Numbered from the whole stretch's first letter, positions 37,548-51,109 are shown. The stretch: 62,745 bases of DNA, filler included, from Albugo candida (GCA_040437565.1; 29 parts of 29 records of this genome joined end to end with filler, not necessarily neighbours in it), one strand, 5' to 3'. Numbers and translations: made by a program. Notes: generated from the letters alone by a model not told the origin.

Positions 37548-37698
37548 GATCGTAATGCGGATGATTTTATAATCGGTTTATAAGGCGATCGTAATGCAGA
37601 CAATTTTATAATCGGTTTATAGGGCGATCGTAATGCAGACAATTTTATAATCGGTTATAGGGCGATCGTAATGTAGACAATTTTATAATCGGTTTATA
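37548..37698. repeat. Minisatellite, 4 x 38-39 bp
   Basis: Unit GATCGTAATGCAGACAATTTTATAATCGGTTTATAGGGC starts at 37548, 37587, 37626 and 37664. Confidence 0.93.
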
Positions 37699-38544
37699 AA
37701 ATGAAAGAGAAGGAGATGGGTTACTCAATCTTTTTTCTATACGCAATTAGATTGTCAACTTATTTTTTTAAAGCGGATGCAGATTAGTGGTATAATGTAA
37801 AAAGGACTTGGAAAGGGAAAAAAAAGGAGGCATAGCGTATCATTCTTCATTCTTTGTAAAATAAAAGAAAATCACACACTGTTTGTCCTTTTATGAAATG
37901 GTTTTTTCACTTTGATTTTCAAAGAAATACAGGGCTTGTTAATTTCTACGTATTTGGTAATGCCAAAGTTAGCAGACAAATCAATGGGTATACAGTTTAA
38001 TGCATATCAACTTTCTGCACATTAAATTGATACTTGGATATTTAAATTATAAAAGAATATTACCCCTTGAGTTCAATACAACTAGCAGTTCTCTTATTAT
38101 ATTTGTTGCAATTAGTACAATTACTGTCGATGTCTCTTTATTGTTGATTATAGGCACTTATTGTCTGGTTGAATAAGACTACCACCAATCGACTATATTT
38201 AATACCATTGAAAAAGCAATATTTATAGCTTCAATTGTAAAATTTTGTTATACAAGAAAGAAAGAGAGTTCGATAGTAGATTAATAAGAAAGTATGCTTT
38301 TAAATAAAGACGTTTTGAGAGAAAAATATAAAATTAACAACAGTAAAATAGAACAAAACTTAGTGGGATGATAATAAAATTACTTATGGCTATTATGTAC
38401 GTCAATTGTTTTTAAATTTCTATTAAAAATATCAGGTCTTCTTATTAGATGAAATGGAATGTAAGAACATTTTATTTTACACCACTTACTTGAAAGTCAT
38501 AAACAGACTGGCAAAAATATCCTTTAAAAAAAACTAATACACTT

Positions 38545-39350
38545 CACTTTTTCTATACGATTTTCTCTAACAAAAGTAAAAAATAGTGAGAATTACTTTT
38601 TCTACACGATTTTCTTTAACAAAAGTAAAAAATAGTGAGAATTACTTTTTCTACACGATTTTCTTTAACAAAAGCAAAAAATAGTGAGAATTAGTTTTTT
38701 TTACACGATTTTCTTTAACAAAAGTAAAAAATAGTGAGAATCACGATTTTTTTTAAGAAAAGCAAAGAGTAGTGAAAATCACTTTTTTTTCACGATTTTC
38801 TTTAACAAAAGCAAAAAATAGTGAGAATTACTCTTTCTACACGATTTTCTTTAACAAAAGCAAAAAATAGTGAGAATCAGTTTTTTTTTCACTATTTTCT
38901 TTAATCAGTTTTTTCTACACCGATTTTTTTTTAAGAAAAGCAAAAAATAGTGGAAATTAGTTTTTTTTTCACTATTTTCTTTAACAAAAGCAAAAAATAG
39001 TGAAAATTAGTTTTTTTTTGACTATTTTCTTTAACAAAAGCAAAAAATAGTGAGAATCAGTTTCTCTTCACGACTCTCTTTAACAAAAGTAAAAAATAGT
39101 GAGAATTACTTTTTCTACACGATTTTTTTTAACAAAAGCAAAAAATAGTGAGAATTAGTTTTTTTTACACAATTTTCTTAACAAAAGTAAAAAATAGTGA
39201 GAATCAGTTTTCTTTTCACGATTCTCTTTAACAAAGTCGAGAAGTAGTGAAAATTAGTTTTTTTTTCACTATTTTCTTTAACAAAAGCAAAAAATAGTGA
39301 GAATCGCTTTTTCTACATGATTTTCTCTAATAAAAGCAAAAAATAGTGCA
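38545..39350. repeat. Tandem array of ~50-bp units (roughly 15 copies) with internal dyad symmetry
   Basis: Unit AACAAAAGYAAAAAATAGTGAGAATTACTTTTTCTACACGATTTTCTTT; some units read AAAATAGTG...CACTATTTT. Confidence 0.92.
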
Positions 39351-40384
39351 TTTCACATTATCTAACACTATTACTTCTAATAAAAGCAAGTAAATTGAAG
39401 AGCAAATGTTCCAAAAAAATCAAAGGGACAAGTCTAATATTTACGAGTAATAATTGCTCAATTTTAGAAACAATATTAACTATATTTCATTGTATTATAG
39501 AAAATTGAATACAGTACAGCTACATTAATACTAAACGAAGNNNNNNNNNNNNNNNNNNNNNNNNNNNNNNNNNNNNNNNNNNNNTTAATTAATTAANNNN
39601 NNNNNNNNNNNNNNNNNNNNNNNNNNNNNNNNNNNNNNNNTTCGCAGTAAATTAAAAAAAAGGGGCATAAAAAATGAAGGGAATAGATATTTTGTTGTTT
39701 TTTTTTAGCTGTTTCATTTATGTTATTAACCTGATTATTTTGAAAATAAAGATACCTTTAAACATGCCCTTTGGCTTAAAAACGAAATATTACAAACAAT
39801 TTATTTATATAAAAAGTGTGGAAAATATGATTTTTTATCATTAATTGATTACTGTTTAAGAGGCCTAATCTTATTTTATACAAGTTGTTTCACAAGATGT
39901 GGGGGGGGTAGACTGAATTAATCTTTCGATTGTATAAAGTATCCAATTAAAAAATAGGTGAACTGTTTACAGCTTTAGACATGAAAGAAAAGAGATGTGT
40001 TTAAAAATAAAAAAAAATCGAATGTATTGTTATTGGGTAAAGAAAAAAAAATAAAGGTATGACAAAAAATGTCAACAATTAAAACCCGATCAGAAACCTA
40101 TTTTTTTATTTATTTATCAAAATACACCAAGGTGATGAACAAGCAAAATAAACTTTTTATTTTCCCAAGGACTTTTTTTTCCCTAGTTAAGAATAATCTT
40201 TCATTGTAAGGAAAAATAACTTTTTATACAAGTAAATGTATTGAATCTAGCAAAAAAAAAAAAAAAAATAGCTATGTACCATTTAATTGAAACAGGACAA
40301 ATAAAAAATTTTATATGAAGATGGAAAAGATAATAAAGGGTCCTTTTTTTTTCCCCCTTTTTTTATCTATAATATCATCTCATT

Positions 40385-40897
40385 ATGGAAAACACAAAAT
40401 ATAAAAATATGTTTAAAGATTATCTTGCTTTAGAAAGAGAAATTGGTCAATTACAACAGAAATTTGATCGCAACTACGAAGATTTTGTAAATAAATATGG
40501 TAGAGAAGAATACCATCATCCTGAAGTTGTTGAAGAATCAAGTGGTAATAATCGGTACAATCCAGAACAAAAAAAAGAATTTTCAAAGACAAGACATGAA
40601 TTAGTAAGAAATGAAAATGTTCTAAAAGAAAAAAGAATGAAACTTGCCGATTTTACACCGTATTATATGGACAGCAAATACAAAGAGGCAGATTATTATG
40701 ACTTTCACGCTGTCTATTTAGAAAACACGGAGTCAAGAAGGAAATTAAAAGAAATAAACAGTGCATTGAGGGAAGATGAGGAATTGCGCTTTAAATTTAG
40801 AGTAGAAGAGCGTTGTCTATGCCAGAATTCAACAATATTAACTTCGTCGACCGATGATGTTATTGATCTTTCTGGCACTATTTCTGATTCTGAATAA
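40385..40897 (+). CDS. Hypothetical helical protein (paralog A)
   Basis: 170-aa ATG ORF in very AT-rich DNA; similar by eye to the downstream ORF. Confidence 0.6.
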   Translation: MENTKYKNMFKDYLALEREIGQLQQKFDRNYEDFVNKYGREEYHHPEVVEESSGNNRYNPEQKKEFSKTRHELVRNENVLKEKRMKLADFTPYYMDSKYKEADYYDFHAVYLENTESRRKLKEINSALREDEELRFKFRVEERCLCQNSTILTSSTDDVIDLSGTISDSE

Positions 40898-41170
40898 ATA
40901 AAATTCAATTTTATACAAATTAATAATATTCGTTTATGAATGACTTTTTCTTTTGATTAATATAAATTTTAGCAAATAAAGAATTAAAATAATAAACTGA
41001 TGTTAGACATACATACAAACTATGAAATTGACGTTTTGTATTTTTTAGGATAGGTGAATGTAATTGGCTTATTATACATATTTTTGTATTCCTCTTTATC
41101 TGGTTATTTTTCTTCTTTTTTTTTTGCTTTAGTGTACCTTTCTTTCTCCAAAACAATATATTATTACATT

Positions 41171-41679
41171 ATGGATAATCAATCTTTGCGCCTCGTAATT
41201 AGAGACACCTTTACTTCTATAGAGAGATGTGTTATGCGAAATGTCAACTACAAATTGTTATTAGCAGATTACATCAAAACAAATCATGAAATTAAGCAGT
41301 TGGAACCACTATTTACTGAACAATACAAATCTTTGGTTCCAGCTATATTGACAGCAGAAGAATATAATAATGAAGACTTGTGTGATCAATATGAATTTAA
41401 AACCGACAAGATCCTTTTTAGCATCTACAAAACAAGAAATCTTGAACTAAAGATTACTCTTTTAAAAGAAAAGTTATTTGTTATGAAGCTTAATATGCAA
41501 AAAGAAGAAGAAATCGATAATCAGGCTCGTTCAAAGTATTATGTGTCGAAATATACTAAACCATCTATACTGCATAACGCTGATACTTTGAGAGAAATTG
41601 ACTATGCTGCTTACAAAAGAAGACTCGAAGAAGGAAAGGTGGCTTCTTACAAAGGTTGCTTTTGCAAAGAAGTCAAAAG
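41171..41679 (+). CDS. Hypothetical helical protein (paralog B), 3'-partial
   Basis: Likely ATG at 41171 (MDNQSL...); shares M.N..YK....DY.....EI.QL...F...Y, KTR, LKEK...MKL and a C.C motif with paralog A. Confidence 0.6.
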
Positions 41680-43319
41680 NNNNNNNNNNNNNNNNNNNNN
41701 NNNNNNNNNNNNNNNNNNNNNNNTTAATTAATTAANNNNNNNNNNNNNNNNNNNNNNNNNNNNNNNNNNNNNNNNNNNNAATTATTACAAAGATATTAAG
41801 CGAGCATGCGACGAATCTAATTTGTTAGATTTCTTTGCCAAGCAACCATTACAAATGAGCACATTTTTAACATAACTCTACATAATTTATTCGAATTATC
41901 AGCAGGCACAGCTAAATTTACGATGCTATATTACTACCATTTTCATTAAAACACAATCTTGTAACTTGCAATAATAAAGTAAATTAAATACAGAATCCTT
42001 TTGAAGAAAGTTGAATAGTGCACCTCAAGTAAATTGAATAAAATGCTTCAAATGAATTGAACACAACAACACTTCAAATTAATTGAATACAACGTCTCAC
42101 CCGACTCAACTGCGACACTTCAAAACCAATTGAATGCAACAACAGCAGGTGAACACCAAATCTAATCTCTACAAAAAACTCAATTCTTAATATGCAACGC
42201 ACACTTAACTCATGACGCCGAAGAGCTCAATCCTTAATCATCGATACACACATAATGATGTTTGGCGATGATATTTCCAACTCATAGCTAAATGTGTATT
42301 TTGATACATGTCGCTATATTACTAAAGCCTCTTATCAGTTCATGATGATAATGGATTTTTTTCATATAGTACTGGATTGGATGAGATTTATTAGCTTGTT
42401 GCAAAACTATAAAAGGGTTGATTTTTCTTGTGAACTCAATGATAACCATCTAAAGCTTTTTCTGTATATTTTGTTTTAGTAGTATCTTATTCAACAATGG
42501 TTATATTAACTTGTGATAGAGTAGTAGTGATTGAAGAAGTCCATATGTATATATGTAAAAAGAAGCTACTCAGTGGTCAATATATCTCATTGGAAACCAA
42601 AGGATCAAACTCCAACCTTAGGGTGACGTTTTTGATTCGCGTAACAACGGCCCAAAGATGTTTTACTTTCTATGATTTTTAAAAAAATAAGTTTCTTACC
42701 ATATCGGTGGTAAGTGATGTAGCTCATATGTAGCCTCTACGTGTTGGCGAAATATTAATCTGAAAGTAATTATTGTACATATATTATACAACTTTTGTGC
42801 CAAATTTATTTTGTACACGCCAATTCATCAACAAGTTAATTGGATACCAATCAATGTTCTCAGCAAAGTAAATATTTGTAATTTGGCATAGACGCGATGA
42901 AGTTTTTATTATATTATGTAAAACCCTGTTGAAAGGGTATCTTCCTACTAATTGCCTACGACGACTATATACAAGAAGAAGTAGCGTAGATAGAGTAAAT
43001 ACTACGTATTAAAGAATTTACCATGAAGATGAATCAATTTCAATCCTCTCATTTGACACCTAAAACGGTGGTAATCGTAGTTCAACATCCAGAGCCTTAA
43101 AAAAAATCACACTCCTTAAAGAAGAATTCCACCAGCAAAAAATTGACACGCTGGCCATGCTATTTAAAATTTACAGCTCTTTCAAGTTTGGATCAATGGT
43201 ACTCTTGCAAAGATCATCGAACTAGATGAAGAAATATTCTGTTGAGTACAAAAACGTCGATGGCAATCATATAACACTCTGGATCTAAAGTATTACAACA
43301 TTAACTCCTGGTACGGGCT

Positions 43320-43508
43320 ATGTTAGTTCTCAATTCCCAATTAACCTTATGCATTTGCTACGCCATCCACAAAGCTCAAAATATTACGGTTGAATTCGTT
43401 GTTATTATTCACTTGGATCATTTACCATCTTCTGGTCAGATTTATGTAGCGATCTCTAGTGTCCAAAAGCTGAAGATTTGTGCTTTTTTGGATAATCTCC
43501 ATCAATAA
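43320..43508 (+). pseudogene. Decayed PIF1/Helitron helicase C-terminal remnant
   Basis: SQLTLCICYAIHKAQNITV...GQIYVAISSV resembles QFPL.LAYA.TIHKSQG.T...GQ.YVA.SRV. Confidence 0.65.
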
Positions 43509-43906
43509 TTAAAAGAAATTTCGTTGTACACCTGGATGCTATTGATATGACAGGATCCTCCGAACAAAAATTTCATGTTATATAATAACCACTATTATAA
43601 TATAAGAATCCTCTTCCACATTATAAATATGACACACGTATATGTTAAATATCAAAAGTTAAAATAGTGATTAAATCAAGCACACCTAATACTGCACTTA
43701 AGCCCAATTTTGCACTCAATAACACTACTTAACGAGAAGGCAGTATGAGATCAGATTGTATAACTGCTTGGTTTATACCGCTTTTACCAAAATATAACAA
43801 ATTTAANNNNNNNNNNNNNNNNNNNNNNNNNNNNNNNNNNNNNNNNNNNNTTAATTAATTAANNNNNNNNNNNNNNNNNNNNNNNNNNNNNNNNNNNNNN
43901 NNNNNN

Positions 43907-44617
43907 GAGCAGCAGCAAAAAGCTCTTGATAAACAACCTAAGTTGAGAAATGAATCTGTGAGGGATCAAGGACCTCAGTTGGAAAAGTATCCTGCGACAA
44001 TTGATCACCACACTTTTCACGTCGAATTGTATGGTGACCATAAATTTTTCACAGAGCAGGTTCTTCTCCTGAAAGCATTGAAAGAAAATGGAGTGGAAAC
44101 GTACATCGTCACTACTACACACACCGAATACTTCATATATGCGAAGGATATATACGAAGAACAACTAGAAAGTATAACCGGAATATATGGTTCGGGCCCT
44201 GGTACACTCACATCACATTATATCCCGCATAATCCGGCCCCTGGTACACTCCTATCAAATTATGACCCGCATGATACGGCACCCAATACAGTTCAATTTG
44301 AGAACGTGCTGGCTGGTAAAGGTTATGCCAATGCAGGTGAAGCAAAAAAGGACACGCTAAAAAACAGTATCGATGAGTCATGTACTCTCGTATATGGGAG
44401 TGGAGATTCATCTAACGATTATCCAATGCTTCGGCATGTTTTGGAGAAAGGGGGTTACATAGTAGTTCAGAGCGATCATGCTGTAGAAGACGCTACCATG
44501 AAACAAGTCTTGGAGCGTAACAACAAGGCTCGCTTTCAACCTGTCAACGAGAAGCAAGCCAAGTGGATATCAAACCTTCCTAAAGGAGGGAACGAGAACA
44601 AAGAAGCAAGTTCTTAA
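43907..44617 (+). CDS. HAD-superfamily hydrolase, C-terminal part
   Basis: Motif II-like YIVTTT, motif III-like Lys (GEAKK), motif IV GSGDSSNDYPML. Confidence 0.7.
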   Translation, partial: EQQQKALDKQPKLRNESVRDQGPQLEKYPATIDHHTFHVELYGDHKFFTEQVLLLKALKENGVETYIVTTTHTEYFIYAKDIYEEQLESITGIYGSGPGTLTSHYIPHNPAPGTLLSNYDPHDTAPNTVQFENVLAGKGYANAGEAKKDTLKNSIDESCTLVYGSGDSSNDYPMLRHVLEKGGYIVVQSDHAVEDATMKQVLERNNKARFQPVNEKQAKWISNLPKGGNENKEASS

Positions 44618-46257
44618 CCTTTCCACTGCAAACGTATGCCGCAATAAAACGTGCTTACCACTCCATGTGTACACTTTTCTTCCTGACTTTACGAGCCAAA
44701 AACGATTCTCCTTCGCCGTCTCATAGTGGCAAGTGACTGCGATCCCAGTGTTCTCATGTTCTCATATCGGAGCTTGGATGAAGCAAGAGCTTTTCCCAAA
44801 ACCATCTGTTCCTACTCTGTATACATCCTTTTAGCATTCATATTAGCGCATACGCCATTGCTCGCAAACGAAGTCTAATCTCTACGCAATCGTGGAATCC
44901 AGGTCCAGTCCAATTCCAATCAAGGTCTCACTACAAATGGCACGTCGATGGGAGCCATTGCTTCTGGATTAGTATCGGTCACTCCACCAACAATGAAAAC
45001 TTCTCCACGGATGACATCTGTATGTACCGAGTCTACTTCATCGGCTTCTTTCAACATTGACATCATTGTCTCGGAAATCCAAGGTATTGTTTGACGAAAT
45101 CTATTTTGGAATCAACCACAGAACTTGAATGGCCCTAACGAAGCGGGACATACAAAATCTGCAGCCCACATTTAAGGCTGTGGCGCCTCCCAGAAAGTTG
45201 ATGGCTTAATCGATAGCGTGATCGAGTGAGGCTACAATTAATCAAAAAATGGTATGCATCCTCCATTGGGTCATAGTATCGCATGGCGGTTACTGTGTGC
45301 GGACGACTCAGCAGCCCATTTGATAACACAGACGAGATCATTAGCATGATCAGAAGAGAACACTTTCAGTTTTTTTGTTTTCCAATTCGACGATTTATGT
45401 GGCAAATACAACCGAACTGTTGCTTCTGGAGACTATGGGTCCGCCGATGAAATGAAAAAACTCGATGCAAAGTACGTGTCGACATTCATCGATGAGTACT
45501 CTAGATCCGTTAGAGGAAACTTTTCGAATCCAAAGTCACGAATCAGATAATGACGAAAGACAAAGTGACACTTTATACGAATGCCTTGCTGATCGGAAAC
45601 TGATGGATCGGATTTGCCTGAACACGACAATGGTAGAATGATGCTTTGGAATATCTTAGATATCAGATGCAGCCGCTCTTGCACATATTGGCACGTCGAA
45701 TCGATCCAAGTTGGTAACGAAGGAAAACCACGATCCATCTTTCGTTAATGCAGTGGAGAACAGCATGCGTCTAGCTCTAGTGTGAAATTCGACGTTCTGA
45801 AAGAAACAAACGAACGTTTGGACTACATCGCAAAGTAGCACTTTGTGTGTGCGTGTCAGATTCATAAAACTGCACTTGATCGAATTGATTAAGCTAAGCT
45901 GAAACACCTCGAATCCAATCAGACNNNNNNNNNNNNNNNNNNNNNNNNNNNNNNNNNNNNNNNNNNNNTTAATTAATTAANNNNNNNNNNNNNNNNNNNN
46001 NNNNNNNNNNNNNNNNNNNNNNNNGGTAATGTATAAATTTTATTGTGTTGGTTGTATTATTCTTAATACTTTACACCTTTGGTAATTTTTTCTGTAGGTA
46101 GTAGAAACATTGGCAAGTACAAGGAATCCTTGGCTAAATACGCAGACAAGATTAACGAGTTGCTCAAGTTGTATAATACCACTCTTGTTGCTATTGCTGG
46201 TAACTATATATATTGTTAACTTATGCATATATAATTACTCACAAATTATTTTGTAGA

Positions 46258-46840
46258 GGGCGAACAATTTGTCACCTTTGGAGAGATCTTTGATCAAGAT
46301 CATCCTTTTTGGGGCCGCACTCCTCGCAACACGGGATTACTCGACTGGCTGAAGAAGAGAAATGCTGAAAAGGAGCTAGAGATGATCAAAGTAAGCTCAC
46401 TAACCGTAATATGGAAATAATACGAATTTGTTGAATAATATTTACTTTTTTTATAGTGCGACATTGTGAACCTTCTTACGTATGCTAAAGAAGAAGTAAC
46501 AATGGCCAACAACGGCGTGCAAATGATTGACTCTCGCTTGCAAGACAGCATTTCTCTCGAATGTGATGTCGGTAAAACAAACGTGCTTGCAGGTTTAAAG
46601 GTGCTGGCTGAAGAGAAGCGTGATCAGGCGACTCAATGGAGGGTTAAATCAATTCAAGACATTTGTAGCTATGTCGGAACTGACATTGATATTGATTTAA
46701 CTCTCATCAACATTGGGTCGTCCCAAGATGATTGCGTGGATCTGAGAGTAGAAGAAGTAGTAGAGCTCGTGGAAGACGATGATGCGGAAATAGATGAAGA
46801 AGAAGATGATGAAGAAGAAGATGCTGTTGGTGAACTATAA
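46258..46840 (+). CDS. 3' exons of a hypothetical intron-containing gene with an acidic tail (start approximate)
   Basis: Short GT...AG introns (for example GTAAGC at 46391 to TAG at ~46457); ORF ends in EEEDDEEEDAVGEL*. Confidence 0.4.
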
Positions 46841-48142
46841 GGTAAGCTCTTCTTCTTCCTTTTGTAAAAATATTCAAAATAAATAAAAACCTTTTTGCAA
46901 AAAATAAATGATTTCCTTAACTTGGTAACTAAGTTAAAAATTAAAGTTTTATTGTGTTTCTTGAAAATAAATAAAGTTTCGTGGTGGAATGCCGATCATT
47001 TCAGGCACGTTTGATTTTCTAGCCAATGAGATGCCATGACAAAATATGAATTCGAATGTATGTTTCCTTATAATATAACAAAATACTTGTAGCAAAGTGA
47101 ATATACACATGCAATAGCATGAAAGAGCATATTTTTTTACATATATAAATGTATAAATAATCTAAAAACTGAATTCATTACTACAATTAAAAATATTTTT
47201 GTTGATTTTTAATAATTAAGCAGTGAGGATTGAAATCACTATTTTTTGAGATTGCAAAAGAACTACGACACCTGGTGCATTGAGAGATATACCATTCGAA
47301 AGGAAAAAGTTTTTTTGTATTAAATATCGTGTTATATTAAAAAAAGTTTGTAAAAGATGTGTTTTTTGACATGTTAACATAATATTGGAATAAATTTTGT
47401 AAAGATCTTGATCAAATATTTTTAAAAACTAATAACTATATCTATTTTTTTCTAAAAAACCACTTTTCTAATGTATCTTTGTATTTAAAAACGGTTCGTA
47501 ACATTTTCAGCAATGGTTTAGTTGGTAGTTCTAGTTCAATTGCAATTTAAAGACTAAAAAAACCTCATTTTACAGCAATAACAAACTCATTTAACCGAAA
47601 AAATGCACGTCTAACCATCTCTACTTGTTAAAATTAAGTGTATAGGTAGCAACAATGCTCTAGTTGATATATTTGAATAGCTGATATTTTTAACGTTGCT
47701 CTACTAATTATGCTCAACGATTCAATAATTCCAGCATATGACGTCTGCACTGAAATTTCATTTGTAAAACGTCGTAATGCAATATGAATTAATTAATATG
47801 ATATCGGCATATAATACAGTGTTCTCTTTTACGTTAGAAATAGCATTTATACAAAACAACAAAAGTATGCAATGCTTTTCTTATAAGATCAAGTCGTTGA
47901 ATTCTTATTATGCTCAGCGGACTTACACGCACGCTTGAAAAAGTTAGGGTTAGGGTTGCTTCGTAGTAACCCTCTGAATAGATAGAATTGTAAATAGCAT
48001 GTATAGGTCACATTAAACAACAGTAAATATCATAGTTTACAANNNNNNNNNNNNNNNNNNNNNNNNNNNNNNNNNNNNNNNNNNNNTTAATTAATTAANN
48101 NNNNNNNNNNNNNNNNNNNNNNNNNNNNNNNNNNNNNNNNNN

Positions 48143-49998
48143 GTCACATCCTTGTTTCTGCAGTACGACCCTAGCTCGACGAATCCATCACACTCTTGGT
48201 TAAACCCTCTTTTAATCCGAGTAAAATCACCTTTTATGTTTTTACCGACTTTGATGATATCAGTAGATTTTAAAACAGTGCAAAGCTTTTCCGGAAGTAC
48301 ACTTGTTTGGAAATTATGAACCCGAATCAAGAAAACAAAAGATTCATACGCTATCTGTATGAGTGACACAGCACTTGTTCTCTCCCACTCACAATCAAAA
48401 CCAACATGTATTTTCCCCATGTGTCCTCCTTCATCTATCAACTTTTGGCAAGCGTTGTTGACCTCATCGCAATTGTTAAGGATAATAATTTGCACATTAG
48501 CTGGAAGATTAACTGTAGATAGCGAGGCAAAAGGATCTTTATCTAATGTAGCAGATTCAGTTGCTGGAATGGGTACAACGTCTTTCAAAAGCGAAGGAAT
48601 AACATCTCCGAGGAAGCTTTGATCAGCAGTAACATTATCAGTGTAAAATAATTCAGGGAGCTTCATACCTAATTTCCGGTATGTTTCCATCATTTCAATA
48701 AACTGGGGTGCCAGATGATCAACTTTCTTGCTGTGTCCAAGCACCTGCAAGCGGATTTCTTCATATTCATTTAATAGCGTGTATAAACAAAAAAAGGTAG
48801 AAACACCATTAACCTTAGCCATATGATCAATAACTTTAAATGAGTGATCTCCTTTTAAAACCACACCATCCAAAAAAGAAATCATTTGATCCATGAATGG
48901 TCTCAATTCTTTTACTACAGAGCTGTAAACATAGCTAAGATAATTGGCAGATGGATTATAGCCATTGTACTTAGTTTTATCGTTAAACTTCGAAAATTCA
49001 GTATTAGCGACAGCAGTGGTTGGTCTAAAATATGAAGTGAGCGTCGTATTGTTATTAGCGTCACTAACACTCGTATAATACTGAAGTTGAATTTCGTCGT
49101 ATCTTTCAGTATTTAAGATTCTCAAAATCGTAGCTAATCGATGAGTACCAATACCATGCTGAAATAAAGGTCGCATTAACTTTGAAAGGTTTTTTGAAAT
49201 TCCAGATCTATGAGTGAGAATAGCTGGAAAATCTGCTTGGACTCTTGAAGGTAACTGACTTATCAAGCTCGAATTAAATCCGTTAAAAGAGTTTTCACAT
49301 TCACCTGTACACTGGTATCTCGTTGTCATTATGTAAAAAGATCTAAATAAAATATGAGACACTGAACTAATCTAGATAAACGTCTATTACTTACTTAAAA
49401 AGATCTATGATCCGTCTAGCTCTTGGCTCTGTTGTAAATCCTCTTACAGACATTTTACTGTTACAATCAGGGCACTTTAAAGAATCCCTTGGTACAAGAT
49501 AGTGAGGGAACCAGAGAAAAACTTTAGTCTATACAATAATGAAGGGTCGAGTGTTGCTCCTCCTAAGACAAAAGAAGGACTCTTTACGCTAACCCAAAAA
49601 GTGCCGTTTTTATACTCAACAGGCATTCCCTTCCCTCTTAAACGATTTTGAATGCTCTCTAAATATTTATCTACAACACTTTTCTCTTTAATAGATCCTA
49701 ATTCTTCATCTATCTCGTTGAATTGGTTTTCATCCAATTCCACTTCCTCAGTATCATCGAGATCTTCGACGTCCTCGTAGTCATTATCATCGTCATCGGT
49801 TACTGCATCGTCTTTATCGACATCAATGTCATCGGTTACTACTACCTCGTCGTATTCAACATCAATATCGTCGCTTATAGAGGTATTAAGCTCTAAAACC
49901 TCATCTCTCTGTTCAGGCAAATTTTCTCCGGGATCTTCTGTTTGATCAGGTGTCTCATCAAGATCATTTATGAAAGCGGTTGCGGTTACTGATTCCAA
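48143..49998 (-). mobile_element. MULE-like DDE transposase (DUF6729-like region) with an inserted DEDD/WRN-type 3'-5' exonuclease; N-terminal part
   Basis: FPAILTHRSGI...LFQHGIG, KGDHSFK (D1), LFYTDN (D2), then exonuclease motifs VGFDCEW...LIQIA and KVGKNI.GD. Acidic N-terminus; an intron and frameshift near 49340-49530. Confidence 0.7.
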
Positions 49999-50007
49999 GG
50001 TAGTGAA

Positions 50008-50156
50008 TAGAGCTGTTCACGATTAAATCGTAGCCGTTTTTTTGTAATCGTAAACCGTAACTTTAAGGTTTTTACTGCTTAAATATCAAAAATATTTAAA
50101 ACCGTAACCAATTTTCGTAATCGTCAACCGCAACTCCAAAACCGTGAACAGTACTA
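50008..50156. mobile_element. 149-bp MITE with hAT-like terminal inverted repeats
   Basis: TAGAGCTGTTCACG (50008-50021) against CGTGAACAGTACTA (50143-50156), 12/14 complementary; subterminal GTAATCGT.AACCG.AAC repeats. Confidence 0.65.
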
Positions 50157-51070
50157 NNNNNNNNNNNNNNNNNNNNNNNNNNNNNNNNNNNNNNNNNNNN
50201 TTAATTAATTAANNNNNNNNNNNNNNNNNNNNNNNNNNNNNNNNNNNNNNNNNNNNGGTCGGCACATACGTGTCCATTTCTGTTTCTTCTTACTGAGGAT
50301 CATATGTACCAATTACCTAGCTGGATATAGCGTGTCGCGTGGCACTGTCAATTCCGTGTCAAAGCCAGCCGGCGAGTACGAGGAATCATATTCTTCGTGA
50401 TGACTGTTTGTAAATGGAGAAATCACAGTTCGTATGTGAATGCAAACAGCTGTCCCTCAAATGAAATTAGGCCGAAGAATCACACCATTCATTTAAGTAA
50501 TGTTAAGACTACGAAAACATGTGTGTAGAGAATTTGAAACCTATATGCCACCGCAAACACATGTCTTCTTCGGAATTTGGAATTATGTGTTCACTGTCAA
50601 CTGTACATCCTTGCCAACGGAGTTCATTACTTATATCGGATAAAACAATGTATTATGTTTAGTACAGTAACGAACACTAGAGTCGTTTTACTGCTCATTC
50701 CGCCATACTTTTGGTTATAGTATACTTATCTCCTACTTATTCTGAGTATAGGACCAATATCTAGTACGCATAGATCTAGACCGCAAATTCGTATAATCAC
50801 TGTTCGAACGTCAACTGCGGTCCAATCCGTTACTCCATGTGTAGCAACGTACTCTCTAAATCGATATGGCGTTACGGGGCCAGATTTGTCCGCGCCATAA
50901 GATTCTTACATTACATAGTCGCGACTAGTGAGAACATTACTGATTGCCTTTCGACCGACATGTGCATGAATAAACATATTGCACAATAAAGTCAGGGGGG
51001 ATTACTTGAGGCAAAGCCTGGTCTGATTAGTTAGATCTTACCCTGCGCTAGAGCATTCATTTAAGCTTAA

Positions 51071-51088
51071 GCTCACTTTACAATTTCA
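51071..51088 (+). promoter_or_regulatory. Oomycete Inr-FPR core promoter element
   Basis: GCTCACTTTACAATTTCA resembles the GCTCATTYYNCAWTTT consensus and lies ~40 bp upstream of the ATG at 51110. Confidence 0.65.
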
Positions 51089-51109
51089 CAAGGCCCTCGA
51101 ACACCTCAA

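Noticed and set aside
37548-39350. Repeat arrays next to the Fanzor as a CRISPR or guide array
   Set aside because: They lie on a different contig across a spacer, and the units are contiguous tandem repeats without unique spacers.
47944-47957. TTAGGGTTAGGG as a telomere
   Set aside because: Only two units, internal to the contig.
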